Assembly: GCA_964542585.1 (NCBI GenBank)
Contig: CAZIUI010000001.1
Coordinates: 185,562 to 249,561, forward strand
Source of the DNA: an uncultured Sphingobacteriales bacterium
GTDB lineage: Bacteria > Bacteroidota > Bacteroidia > CAILMK01 > CAYYUA01
Reading direction: 5' to 3'
Length of the DNA stretch: 64,000 nt
Below are positions 10,418-19,851 of the stretch, in pieces (position 1 is the stretch's first letter; every line of letters starts with the position of its first letter). Under the pieces are notes generated by a model, which worked only from the letters and a program-made list of their open reading frames with translations, ran no database searches and was not told the origin of the DNA. The position numbers and the translations under genes are program-made.

Positions 10418-11246
10418 GTGTTAAAACAGCCTGTAAAGCAATAGCCCCGTCCCAAAAACCAAGGAAATGCAGTTCCGATCGCTCTGGCCTTAGGCTAATC
10501 AATAATGTAGCAATGTAAGCAGTGCTTAAAAGGTGGACTGATAGCAAAAACCCTTGCAAAATGCCAATTTGTAGGAAGGCCAATAAAATCAGTAAGAAGA
10601 GAATCAGGCGTTTGGTAAACTTCATGCCGTAACGCCTGGGAATGGTGATAACGCTTTCGCTCGCATCCCGGTCAACGTCCTCAAGGTCAAAGGGTAACAT
10701 CAGGATGTAAATGAACAAAGTTCGCTCCGTCATCAGCCCTAGTAATTGTTTATTCCAAATCTGGCCTGATTGCTCTAGTGCAAATGGGACCCAAACGGTA
10801 ACGATCGCCCATACTAATCCTATTATGAGGTTTTTGATCGTTCCAAAACTCCGAAGCCCGAATGCACGCTGACTAAACATAGGTGCATAATAAAGCAGCA
10901 CCAATATGCCAGCAGGACCCAAAGGCCATAAACTTTTCAAAGGGAGTATAATAAGCGCCACCAAGACAACTGTCGCTCCAAGAAAAAGAAGCCCTGCAAC
11001 GGTGTATTTATGGTTTTGAAACCAAATCTTCAGATCATCTCTGGAGAGGTTATCATCCCTTTTCCTATCAAAAGGATAACGAGCAATGGTATATAACAAT
11101 AGTGTTCCAGCACTAACCAAGCCAATTAACGTCCAAGGGGGTTCAGCAGGTAGCCGGGATAGATGGGCATAAGTTGAAGCCGTCCATAAACCGGCACATA
11201 TAGCCATGAATAAATTCCCGAATAAAACCAGCTTAATAATCCCCAA
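10401..11246 (-). CDS. UbiA-family prenyltransferase-like membrane protein
   Basis: Multiple TM helices; LPFDLEDVDRD...TIP Asp-rich motif; TTG start uncertain. Confidence 0.7.
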   Translation of the reverse strand: MGIIKLVLFGNLFMAICAGLWTASTYAHLSRLPAEPPWTLIGLVSAGTLLLYTIARYPFDRKRDDNLSRDDLKIWFQNHKYTVAGLLFLGATVVLVALIILPLKSLWPLGPAGILVLLYYAPMFSQRAFGLRSFGTIKNLIIGLVWAIVTVWVPFALEQSGQIWNKQLLGLMTERTLFIYILMLPFDLEDVDRDASESVITIPRRYGMKFTKRLILFLLILLAFLQIGILQGFLLSVHLLSTAYIATLLISLRPERSELHFLGFWDGAIALQAVLTLSVGF

Positions 11247-11337
11247 AGAGATAAAAAGTTTTAAGTGCTTTTAAAGGCGCCTTAGTTTACAAGACTCGAA
11301 ATTAAGTGTGTCAATTTTTAAACCATTATAAAACTGT

Positions 11338-11345
11338 TAAATTTG
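11338..11345 (+). promoter_or_regulatory. Bacteroidota -7 promoter element (TAAATTTG) for recQ
   Basis: Matches TAnnTTTG; upstream of ATG 11417. Confidence 0.55.
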
Positions 11346-11416
11346 GATACACATCGAAGCCATTAATAAATAACTATGTAAAATTTTTACGCAGGAAAAA
11401 TTCGAAAAGGACCCAT

Positions 11417-13645
11417 ATGGAGGAAGCACAGGTTGCAAATTATTCTGAAACCCATGACTCTTTCAAGTCGGCGCTTCAGTATTACTTCGGCTTCGACAGT
11501 TTTAAAGGCAATCAACAGGCTATCATTAAAAGTATTTATGAGGGCAATGATACATTCGTTATAATGCCTACAGGAGGTGGTAAAAGCCTTTGCTACCAGC
11601 TCCCGGCTTTAATGATGGAAGGGACAGCTATCATTATATCGCCCTTAATTGCTTTGATGAAGAACCAGGTTGATCATTTGCGTACCCACGGTGATGATGA
11701 AGGAATTGCCCATTTTTTGAACTCATCGCTAAGCAAAAAGCAGAAGGATAAGGTCAAAGAGGATATCGTAGCAGGAAAAACCAAACTCCTTTACGTTGCG
11801 CCCGAGTCGCTTACCAAAGAAAGTACGGTAGAATTTCTTCAAAAAGTCAAGGTTTCTTTTGTAGCAGTAGATGAAGCTCATTGCATTTCCGAATGGGGGC
11901 ATGATTTCCGGCCTGAATACAGGAGAATACGCACGATCGTAGAGGAAATTGGTGTTGTGCCCATTATTGCGCTTACCGCTTCCGCAACGCCAAAAGTACA
12001 GGAGGACATCTTGAAGAACTTATCAATGAATGATGAGCAACTCTTCAAATCCTCTTTTAACCGGCCCAACCTTTACTATGAAGTGCGTCCCAAAATCACC
12101 AAAGATCAGACGGTCAAGGAAATCGTAGGGTACCTTCAACCTCGCAAGGGCCAATCAGGCATTATTTATTGCCTGAGCCGGAAAAGTGTAGAAACCTTAG
12201 CTGAGACCCTTAAGGTCAATGGTATCAAAGCCTTACCCTACCATGCCGGTATGGATGGTCAAACCCGAACCCATCACCAGGATCAATTCCTAATGGAAGA
12301 GGTTGACGTGATCGTGGCTACTATTGCCTTCGGGATGGGTATTGATAAACCTGACGTGCGATTCGTAATACACTACGATGTGCCGAAAAGTCTGGAAAGT
12401 TATTACCAGGAAACAGGCAGGGCTGGTCGCGATGATCGTCCTTCTGATTGTATCATGTTTTACAATTACCACGACCTGCTGAAGCTTGAAAAATTTCTGA
12501 AAGATAAACCTGTTTCTGAACGCGAGGTTGGCGAGCAGCTATTGAATGAAATGGCAGCATTTGCTGAGAATAATAACTGCCGCAGGAAATCCCTTTTACG
12601 CTATTTTGGGGAGCCTTTTGATGTTGAAAACTGCAATGAGGGATGTGACAATTGCCACAATCCAAAAAGCAAAGAAGATGGCCAAAAACATTTAGTTAGA
12701 GCTATCAACACTATTCACGAGCTGGAGGATAAGCACACCATGGATCATATTTTAAAGATCATGCAGGGTGTGGAAGATGATACCGTTAAAGGTTATGGAC
12801 ACGATAAGCTGGATAATTTTGGTAACAGTTCTGGTGATTCTCACAACTTCCTTAAATCGGTTATAAGGCAAGGGTTAATTCAAGGATACCTGGATAAGGA
12901 TATCGAAAGCTACGGAACCCTGAAAAACACCCATGAAGGCCTGCATTTTAAGGATAATCCGGAACCATTGATGTTAGCGCCCGATACCAATTTTGAATCC
13001 ATTACCCAAGCCGATATTGCTGAAGATGAACAATCTTTTGGTGGTGCGGGCCATGATGAGACATTGTTTAACATGCTTAAAGATCTAAGGAAGGATCTGG
13101 CGAAGGAAAAAGAATTGCCACCCTATATTATTTTCCAGGAAAGTAGTCTGGAGGAAATGGCGATTAAGTATCCGATTACCGGTGATGAGCTATCCAAGAT
13201 CTCCGGTATTAGTGGTTCTAAAGCACAAAAATATGGGCAACCTTTCCTGGATTTGATTAAAAACTATGTGGAAGAGCATGATATCCAGCGCCCAAATGAT
13301 TTTGTTGTAAAATCAGTTGCTAATAAGTCAAAACTTAAAGTCTACATCATTCAAAGCCTTGACCGTAAATTGTCCCTGGCTGAAATAGCCCAGGCTAAAG
13401 GCTTAAGCATGGAAGAAATCATGGAAGAAGTTGAACAAATCGTTTATGCAGGAACAAAAGTCAATATCAATCATGAAATAGACTCCATGCTTGATCAGGA
13501 GCACCAGGATGAAATTTTCGAGTATTTCAGGGAAGCCGAGACCGACTCCCTGGATGAAGCAGTAGCCGAGTTCGGAGGGGATGTTTACAGCCGTGAGGAG
13601 CTTCAGATGATGCGGATCAAGTTTATTTCAGAAATGGCTAACTAA
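11417..13645 (+). CDS. recQ: ATP-dependent DNA helicase RecQ
   Basis: MPTGGGKSLCYQLP, VDEAHCISEWGHDFRP, YYQETGRAGRD, Zn-binding CRR...CDNC, RQC/HRDC regions. Start moved to ATG 11417, downstream of the -7 element (ORF track start 11306). Confidence 0.96.
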   Translation: MEEAQVANYSETHDSFKSALQYYFGFDSFKGNQQAIIKSIYEGNDTFVIMPTGGGKSLCYQLPALMMEGTAIIISPLIALMKNQVDHLRTHGDDEGIAHFLNSSLSKKQKDKVKEDIVAGKTKLLYVAPESLTKESTVEFLQKVKVSFVAVDEAHCISEWGHDFRPEYRRIRTIVEEIGVVPIIALTASATPKVQEDILKNLSMNDEQLFKSSFNRPNLYYEVRPKITKDQTVKEIVGYLQPRKGQSGIIYCLSRKSVETLAETLKVNGIKALPYHAGMDGQTRTHHQDQFLMEEVDVIVATIAFGMGIDKPDVRFVIHYDVPKSLESYYQETGRAGRDDRPSDCIMFYNYHDLLKLEKFLKDKPVSEREVGEQLLNEMAAFAENNNCRRKSLLRYFGEPFDVENCNEGCDNCHNPKSKEDGQKHLVRAINTIHELEDKHTMDHILKIMQGVEDDTVKGYGHDKLDNFGNSSGDSHNFLKSVIRQGLIQGYLDKDIESYGTLKNTHEGLHFKDNPEPLMLAPDTNFESITQADIAEDEQSFGGAGHDETLFNMLKDLRKDLAKEKELPPYIIFQESSLEEMAIKYPITGDELSKISGISGSKAQKYGQPFLDLIKNYVEEHDIQRPNDFVVKSVANKSKLKVYIIQSLDRKLSLAEIAQAKGLSMEEIMEEVEQIVYAGTKVNINHEIDSMLDQEHQDEIFEYFREAETDSLDEAVAEFGGDVYSREELQMMRIKFISEMAN

Positions 13646-13667
13646 AGCATCCAAGAAACACGATCCA

Positions 13668-14291
13668 GTGAGACTAACCACTATCATTTGTTTAGCCTGG
13701 GGGCTATTACTTTATCCTAATATCCTTGCTAGTGATAAAAATGACCCAACAGACTCCCTCCTAGAGCTAACAACTACTCCTATTTCCGCGGATGATAGCC
13801 CTAAACCCTATGAACTGGCAGTTTGGGGTGTACACTTAGGCATGACCCAGATAAAAGCGAAAAAAATGTTGGCCACTAAAGCTGGCATTTACTTAAGGCA
13901 AGATAAGTTTCATAACTCCAGGATGTACCTCTACCAGTACAATACCCAGGATAAACAAAAACCCCTTGCCTATTTAAAATGGAGCCCTGAAGGCAAAGCA
14001 TTAGAAGAAATTATCATTTATCCTGGTTTTGCTCAATACATGCCCAGCACTAATGATTATCTGGTAACTGCTAAAGTTTTACCGGGAGAAAAGAATTCAA
14101 ACCCCCTGTTTCCAGGTAAGGTTAAAGAAAAAGAGGCCATTCTGGAAGTACCAGCTCAAGGTATCTACCATAAAGCATTTTATTTTCCTAAGCCGGGGTT
14201 TCGGGTGATCAAACAAGTTAAAGGGGACGAAATCAAGTACACCTTTAGTTGGTTTAAAGCGCAAGCTAATGGTGAGCCCCCTGAGCATTAA
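13668..14291 (+). CDS. Hypothetical exported protein
   Basis: 207-aa ORF with a signal-peptide-like N-terminus, 22 bp after recQ; no family recognised. Confidence 0.7.
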   Translation: MRLTTIICLAWGLLLYPNILASDKNDPTDSLLELTTTPISADDSPKPYELAVWGVHLGMTQIKAKKMLATKAGIYLRQDKFHNSRMYLYQYNTQDKQKPLAYLKWSPEGKALEEIIIYPGFAQYMPSTNDYLVTAKVLPGEKNSNPLFPGKVKEKEAILEVPAQGIYHKAFYFPKPGFRVIKQVKGDEIKYTFSWFKAQANGEPPEH

Positions 14292-14311
14292 ACCGCAAAA
14301 TCGCAGTCAGA

Positions 14312-14719
14312 TTATTGCCAATGTTCGGAAAGAACAGTTAAAAACCAATCAGGGGCTTTAACAGGTCGGCTTTTGGCAGTATCTATAAATACTAAGGTTG
14401 TTGCCCCAGTATTAAGTAAGGCATCTTCTTGATTATAAAGGTCGTAATTGAAAATAATCCTCGCACTTGGCCAATCCTTGATGCTGGTAATGATGCGAAT
14501 ATCCTCATCGTAGTAAGCAGGTTTAAGATACCGAGCATTCATCTGGGTGACGGGCATCTGAATTCCGCTCTCCTCTAAGCCCCGATAGCTGAAACCTAGC
14601 GAGCGAAAAAGTTCAACACGTCCCACTTCGTAATAAGCGGGATAGTTACCATAGTAAACAATACCCATTTGGTCAGTCTCACTATAGCGAACCCGGATGG
14701 TGGTCTCAGCACTAATCAT
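14312..14719 (-). CDS. Acyl-CoA thioesterase, YbgC/FadM hotdog family
   Basis: RVRYSETDQMGIVYYGNY motif. Confidence 0.92.
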   Translation of the reverse strand: MISAETTIRVRYSETDQMGIVYYGNYPAYYEVGRVELFRSLGFSYRGLEESGIQMPVTQMNARYLKPAYYDEDIRIITSIKDWPSARIIFNYDLYNQEDALLNTGATTLVFIDTAKSRPVKAPDWFLTVLSEHWQ

Positions 14720-15762
14720 TAGTAGATAGATTCTTGATTAAGGTGGCGTTGATATTCACGGGCAAGGCGGTTGTGCTGTCTAAGCGTTCGGGAAAAGCGA
14801 TGCCCGGGTCGCTTACCTGTATTGGCTACAAAGTATAAATATTGATGGTTTGCGCGATTGAGAACCGCTTCAACAGCACGTTTCTGCGGAATACAGATAG
14901 GCCCTGGGGGCAAACCGGGATATTTGTAGGTGTTATAAGGTGATTCAACTTTTAGATCTTTATTGTATATTCTCCTAATATCTTTTTCTCCTTTTTTCCT
15001 AAGGATATACTGAATAGTAGGATCAGCTTGCAAAGGCATGTTTGCGCGGTTTAGCCTGTTGAGATATACCCCTGCGATTGTATCCCACTCGGCTACGTAA
15101 TTACTTTCGCTCTGGATAATCGAAGCAAGGGTCATGGCTTCTTGAGGTTCCAAATTACGTTTATTAGCCTTAGCTTTTCGTTGAAGTGTCCAAAACTGCT
15201 CGTAATGGGCATTCATTTGTTTAAGAAAAGCGCGAGCGCTAGTGTTCCATTCAAACTCGTAAGTATCAGTTATAAAAAGGGTAAAACGGTTAGGCTTATC
15301 AAAGCCCAGGGAGTCCAGAAATACGGAATCACGCATCAGGGACGTAACATTCGCTGAATCCGCCTCCAGCCGACCACCCACATAGCCAGCTAGTTGAGGG
15401 ATAGTTTTAAATGCACTAATCGTAAGATCAACAAATGCTTTATCACCAGAGCGTAATTTTTTAACCAGGGCTCTGTTACTAAGTCCTTCCTTAAGCCTGT
15501 ATTTACCGGGATAGATGTGGGATGGATATTTCATCCACCTAGCTACACGGTTAAAACCGGCTGTATCTTTTATAAATCCTCTTTGATAAAGCCTTTGGCT
15601 GACAGTCTTAAAATCAGCATTAGAAGGAATAAAGAGGTATTGATTTGAACTTGAGACGTTTACAACTGGCCCATATACTAAAGTGTATAAATTATAACCT
15701 GCAAAACCAGCAAATATTGTTAGGAATAAAAATATTACAAAGATGATGGTACCACGCTTCAT
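14719..15762 (-). CDS. mltG: Endolytic transglycosylase MltG (YceG)
   Basis: N-terminal TM anchor, LASIIQSE, GVYLNRL..MPLQADPT, SPYNTYKYPGLPPGPI, YLYFVA. Confidence 0.95.
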   Translation of the reverse strand: MKRGTIIFVIFLFLTIFAGFAGYNLYTLVYGPVVNVSSSNQYLFIPSNADFKTVSQRLYQRGFIKDTAGFNRVARWMKYPSHIYPGKYRLKEGLSNRALVKKLRSGDKAFVDLTISAFKTIPQLAGYVGGRLEADSANVTSLMRDSVFLDSLGFDKPNRFTLFITDTYEFEWNTSARAFLKQMNAHYEQFWTLQRKAKANKRNLEPQEAMTLASIIQSESNYVAEWDTIAGVYLNRLNRANMPLQADPTIQYILRKKGEKDIRRIYNKDLKVESPYNTYKYPGLPPGPICIPQKRAVEAVLNRANHQYLYFVANTGKRPGHRFSRTLRQHNRLAREYQRHLNQESIY

Positions 15763-15789
15763 GAATCGGTACTTTCTTTAAAATGCGGG

Positions 15790-15797
15790 CAAAAATA
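15790..15797 (-). promoter_or_regulatory. -7 promoter element (TATTTTTG) for mltG
   Basis: TAnnTTTG on the minus strand, 27 nt before the mltG start. Confidence 0.55.
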
Positions 15798-15828
15798 CAT
15801 TTACACACTTGGTGCCGCGAATGAATTG

Positions 15829-17877
15829 CTAAAACTTTAAGGCTTCTTGTTTTGGATTCAGCCTTTTTTCCATCATCTTTTGGATTGTTTTGGCTTCATC
15901 GGCTAACTTAGGAAACTTTTTCCGCACTTTTTGTAACTGCTTACTAGCAAGCCTGTATTGCCCTTTTCCTAAATAAACCTTTGCCAGGTTAAGGGCTGGG
16001 CGGCCGTAGTCTGGGTTTAGGCTAAGGGCTTTTTGAAAGTGTTTTCGGGCTTTTTGAAAGGAATGCTTAGTAAGGTAAATTAATCCCCGGTTATTCTGTG
16101 CTAAGGGCTGCTTGGGGTTTTCTTTCAATGAAAACTCTAGGGTCCGTTCAGCTTTTTCTAGTTTTTTATTATTGAAATAGGCTGTGGCTAGTTTATTCTG
16201 GTAATTAAGGTTGTAAGGTTTAGCTTTTACAGCTTGCTGGTAATACTTCTCGGCTTTTTGGTATTGGTTTAAATTGGCGTAGGCCTGTCCTGCTTGGTAA
16301 GCTGTGCGTGGGTTATCTAGATGAATGGTATCACGGTTTTCCAGAAAAAGCCGCACTTTTTCAAAATTTTGCCTAAGATAATAGTAATGAACCCATTCTG
16401 TTTGGTAATTGCTTTTGGGTAGTTTTTGAAGGTAATGCCTAGCAGAGTCCAGGAATTTTGTTTTGGATCGGAACTTTTCATAGTAAAAAAGGTAGGCCTT
16501 AGTAAGCGTTCGAGTGTTGGGGTTCTCATTGTTGTAACTCTTAAGCCCCTTTACCTCCAGGGAATCCATGGCCTTAGGTGGGGATTTGGCAACTTTTGAT
16601 GGACTATCTACTGCCCGAATGTTGTGATCATGAATACTAACATGCGGAATATCAACGCTGCCGGACTTAGGCATGTGACACTCCACGCAATTATTGTTAG
16701 TTGCCATTCGCTTTTCTTTTGGAGCAGTACACTTCAGTTTCTCTCCTTTTTTAGTGTCCCTATGGCAATCCTGGCATGTATTGTTGAAATACTGGTCTTC
16801 AGTGACATCTACACTCCTGTGAGGGTTATGGCAGGTTATGCAATTCAGGGTTTTCATATTTTCACGGGAACGGCTACCTTTATAGCAAGCACTTTTTTGA
16901 AGCCGTTCTGAATGAGAAGCCATGATAAAGGCATCGTCATTCTTAAACTGCGGACGGAAAACCGTCATTACACTGGATAGCTTCATTCCCGGTTTGAAAT
17001 CAAAAAAATCTTTCCCTGGCTTTTTTACCGTATTGCCTTGTAAATGGCAACGCTGGCAAACGTCATTCTTGAGGGAGGTTTTAAGTTTAGAAGGGTTGAC
17101 GATGGTCCGGTCTGCCCGCTCACTTGTATCCACAATTACACCCTTTCGCTTTTGCTGCACGTGTAATTCTCCCGGCCCATGGCAGCGCTCACAACCAATT
17201 CCACTTGGTATGGACTTATAGCGGTTAGCTGAAAGCTTATCCGCTTTGGGGTACATGTTATGACAAGTCATGCACTCGGTTTTGATCATCCTTCCAAACC
17301 GTGAGTTCTGGCCTTTATCAAAACCGGGTGGTAAGTCCCATTTTTGATCCTGCGTGTAGAACGTAAGCGGTGCTTGATACAAATACCCGTTCACTTGGTA
17401 CATGTGGGAATTGGTATGATGACCTGAACCAATAATATAATCGATCTGCTCTACGCGTTTATGAACCGTATCCCGGTTATTATTCAGGCGGTATTCCTTA
17501 ATAAACAAACTACTGTCGCGCCAGTAGGCCGTGTAATAGTAATTTTTGAATGAGTCATAAACCGTAGGATGGCCGGAAAAATCGGCTTCACTGACCTCAG
17601 GTTTCGCTTGGCCAAAAGATTGACCCATGCCGGTTTTATGAAAGGAGTTATGAATACTGGGGTGACATTGCTTGCAGCTTTGTTTCCCTACGTACTGAAC
17701 GCTATCATGAAGGTTTTTCCAGCGTAAAGAAGAAGATTGATTAGCAACGTTTGCTGCCCCCTCTTTTTGTGATTTATCAGGCTGATGATTACACTTAATA
17801 AGTGAAACTAACATTAATCCGAAAGCAAGTAGTACGTAGCTTAATAGCAAAAACCGGTTCAGCGACATATCCAACAC
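15829..17877 (-). CDS. Multiheme c-type cytochrome with C-terminal TPR repeats
   Basis: Seven CxxCH motifs (CKQCH, CMTCH, CERCH, CQRCH, CITCH, CQDCH, CVECH), hydrophobic N-terminus, TPR-like helices from about residue 520. ATG 17868 is an alternative start. Confidence 0.88.
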   Translation of the reverse strand: MLDMSLNRFLLLSYVLLAFGLMLVSLIKCNHQPDKSQKEGAANVANQSSSLRWKNLHDSVQYVGKQSCKQCHPSIHNSFHKTGMGQSFGQAKPEVSEADFSGHPTVYDSFKNYYYTAYWRDSSLFIKEYRLNNNRDTVHKRVEQIDYIIGSGHHTNSHMYQVNGYLYQAPLTFYTQDQKWDLPPGFDKGQNSRFGRMIKTECMTCHNMYPKADKLSANRYKSIPSGIGCERCHGPGELHVQQKRKGVIVDTSERADRTIVNPSKLKTSLKNDVCQRCHLQGNTVKKPGKDFFDFKPGMKLSSVMTVFRPQFKNDDAFIMASHSERLQKSACYKGSRSRENMKTLNCITCHNPHRSVDVTEDQYFNNTCQDCHRDTKKGEKLKCTAPKEKRMATNNNCVECHMPKSGSVDIPHVSIHDHNIRAVDSPSKVAKSPPKAMDSLEVKGLKSYNNENPNTRTLTKAYLFYYEKFRSKTKFLDSARHYLQKLPKSNYQTEWVHYYYLRQNFEKVRLFLENRDTIHLDNPRTAYQAGQAYANLNQYQKAEKYYQQAVKAKPYNLNYQNKLATAYFNNKKLEKAERTLEFSLKENPKQPLAQNNRGLIYLTKHSFQKARKHFQKALSLNPDYGRPALNLAKVYLGKGQYRLASKQLQKVRKKFPKLADEAKTIQKMMEKRLNPKQEALKF

Positions 17878-17912
17878 TTGGCAGCGTGTCCCATCTTTAC
17901 GAATTTAGGTTT

Positions 17913-19541
17913 TTAATCAAATTGGTAACCATCCAGCTCAGGCATCACCGGGGGAACCATCCATACTCTTTCATGCTGGTAATTGACCTTTCCAGGATCA
18001 GCTCCGCGCGGTTTCCACACGTATTTTTTCCGGGTACAAATTACGGGGGTCAAGGCCTCACCTTTACTTTTAGCGAAATAAGCCGCTAATTGCGCAGCGG
18101 CTTCTTTAACCTGAGCGGGAACAATCTTTTCTTTACCGGAACGAATGATCACGTGGGCTCCTTTTTGCTCCCGGGCATGTAACCAGAGGTCTTCCTTGTT
18201 GGCAAATTGAAAGGTCAAAAGATCATTGATAGCAGCACCTTTTCCTGCGTAAATGTCATGATCATGGACTTTGAAATGTTTGAATTTTTCCTTTAGCTGC
18301 TCTGATTGACGCTTAGCTGAAGATTTTCTGTAAAGTTCTTGGTACTCCTTTCTTAGGTTTTTAAGATCCCGTGAGGCTACTAATTCCTCGTATTTCGCTT
18401 CAGCAATACGCAGCTGCTTTTCCTCATGCTCAAGGTTTTCTTCTGCAGTCTTTAGTTCAATGTGTTGACGCTTACCCTTTTTATAAAACCGTTCGGCATT
18501 CGCCTGGGGTGAAAGTTCCTTTTTAAAGGGCACGGAAATCCAACTATCATTGTAAAAATCGTATAAGGTAGGCTTAGTTACCCCTTTTTCCAATATTGAA
18601 AGATTAGCCATGATCAAGTCGGCTAGTTGACGGTAATCATAGCCTTCTATTAACTTTTGTAAATTTTGGTTGAGGTTTTTGATACTTTTCTTGTGCTTCT
18701 TGATTTTGGAGTTCCAGTATGACACTAACTTTTGTTTATAGCTTAGCAGATTAGCCTCTTGTAAAAAACGATGGGCATATACCCGAACCGCTGATAAAGG
18801 CTCTGAGAAGGTCTCTTCAGCATTTTCCAGATGGAAAAATGATAAGCGCAGCCCCGTATCGTTTAAATCATTAATCCTTTCCCGGTGCAAACCAACGGGT
18901 GCCTTTTGTAAATCAACCAGGAATTGCTCTAAACATTGCCATTGAGTAGTTGGATCTGCTATATCTTCAAAACCATAGCGCGTCAAAGCTTTTTTAAAGT
19001 CGTTGGTAAAAGTTGGAAAAAGCTGCTTTACGGCCTCCAGTGGATCAAAGCCCACATTTAACAAGTTTTCGTAAGCAGCCTGAGATTGGTCTATGGACTG
19101 CTGGTAGTTGTTAATAGAGGCTATTTGATCTTTCTGAATGCGTTTACGAATAGCATCCACAGGATTACCGCTCTGAAAAAGAATGACGTTTCCATGGGCA
19201 CCATAAAGCTTAAAAAGTAATTGGTAGTGATCATCCAATGTAACCAACAAGCTGCGGTCATTGGGCATAACCTGAACATCTTTTATCGAAAGGCCGTTAA
19301 CAGTTTTAAATAAAGGGTTTGCACCAGCCCGGGGTTTGGCTTTTTTATCAATAAAAGTAAAGCTAAGTTGATGACCGTAATAAAAGACTAACCCCAAATT
19401 ATCCTCGTTTTCACTTAGTGAAAAAACATACTCACTGGGGTTTTGGGCATAGACTTCGCTTAAATGCCGGCCTACCAATTGTTGTTTAAAGGATGGTGAA
19501 AGCTGCTTTAGGAAATAATAGTTGTTAATAAGGTTATCCAT
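17913..19541 (-). CDS. NFACT/FbpA/RqcH (Rqc2) family protein
   Basis: NDRSL (DR motif), ADLIMANL, LSPQANAERFYKKGK coiled coil, NFACT-R motifs GKGAAINDLLT, DLWLHAREQKGAHVII, AAQLAAYFAK. Confidence 0.88.
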   Translation of the reverse strand: MDNLINNYYFLKQLSPSFKQQLVGRHLSEVYAQNPSEYVFSLSENEDNLGLVFYYGHQLSFTFIDKKAKPRAGANPLFKTVNGLSIKDVQVMPNDRSLLVTLDDHYQLLFKLYGAHGNVILFQSGNPVDAIRKRIQKDQIASINNYQQSIDQSQAAYENLLNVGFDPLEAVKQLFPTFTNDFKKALTRYGFEDIADPTTQWQCLEQFLVDLQKAPVGLHRERINDLNDTGLRLSFFHLENAEETFSEPLSAVRVYAHRFLQEANLLSYKQKLVSYWNSKIKKHKKSIKNLNQNLQKLIEGYDYRQLADLIMANLSILEKGVTKPTLYDFYNDSWISVPFKKELSPQANAERFYKKGKRQHIELKTAEENLEHEEKQLRIAEAKYEELVASRDLKNLRKEYQELYRKSSAKRQSEQLKEKFKHFKVHDHDIYAGKGAAINDLLTFQFANKEDLWLHAREQKGAHVIIRSGKEKIVPAQVKEAAAQLAAYFAKSKGEALTPVICTRKKYVWKPRGADPGKVNYQHERVWMVPPVMPELDGYQFD

Positions 19542-19851
19542 AGGATTGTAATTTGAGCAGCTTTAAACGTTTTGAAAAGTTTGACGAAGATTTGATCAAA
19601 AGGTTTTAAGCACTGAAAAATGCTATTGAGCTATTCTATTATATTACTGATTATCAAATCTTTAGGTTTATTTATTTTAAGCGGCACTTAAATAGGGCAT
19701 CGAGGTTATTTCACTTGTAGACTTTTTCGCATTACTAGGAATGTCCCTATCTTAAATTTATTGTTTAAGGAACATGTTGTAAGTATTTGAAAGTCAATTG
19801 CTATTGATAATCTTAAAATTGACTTGTTTAAAAATTTAACAAAAGCCTATC

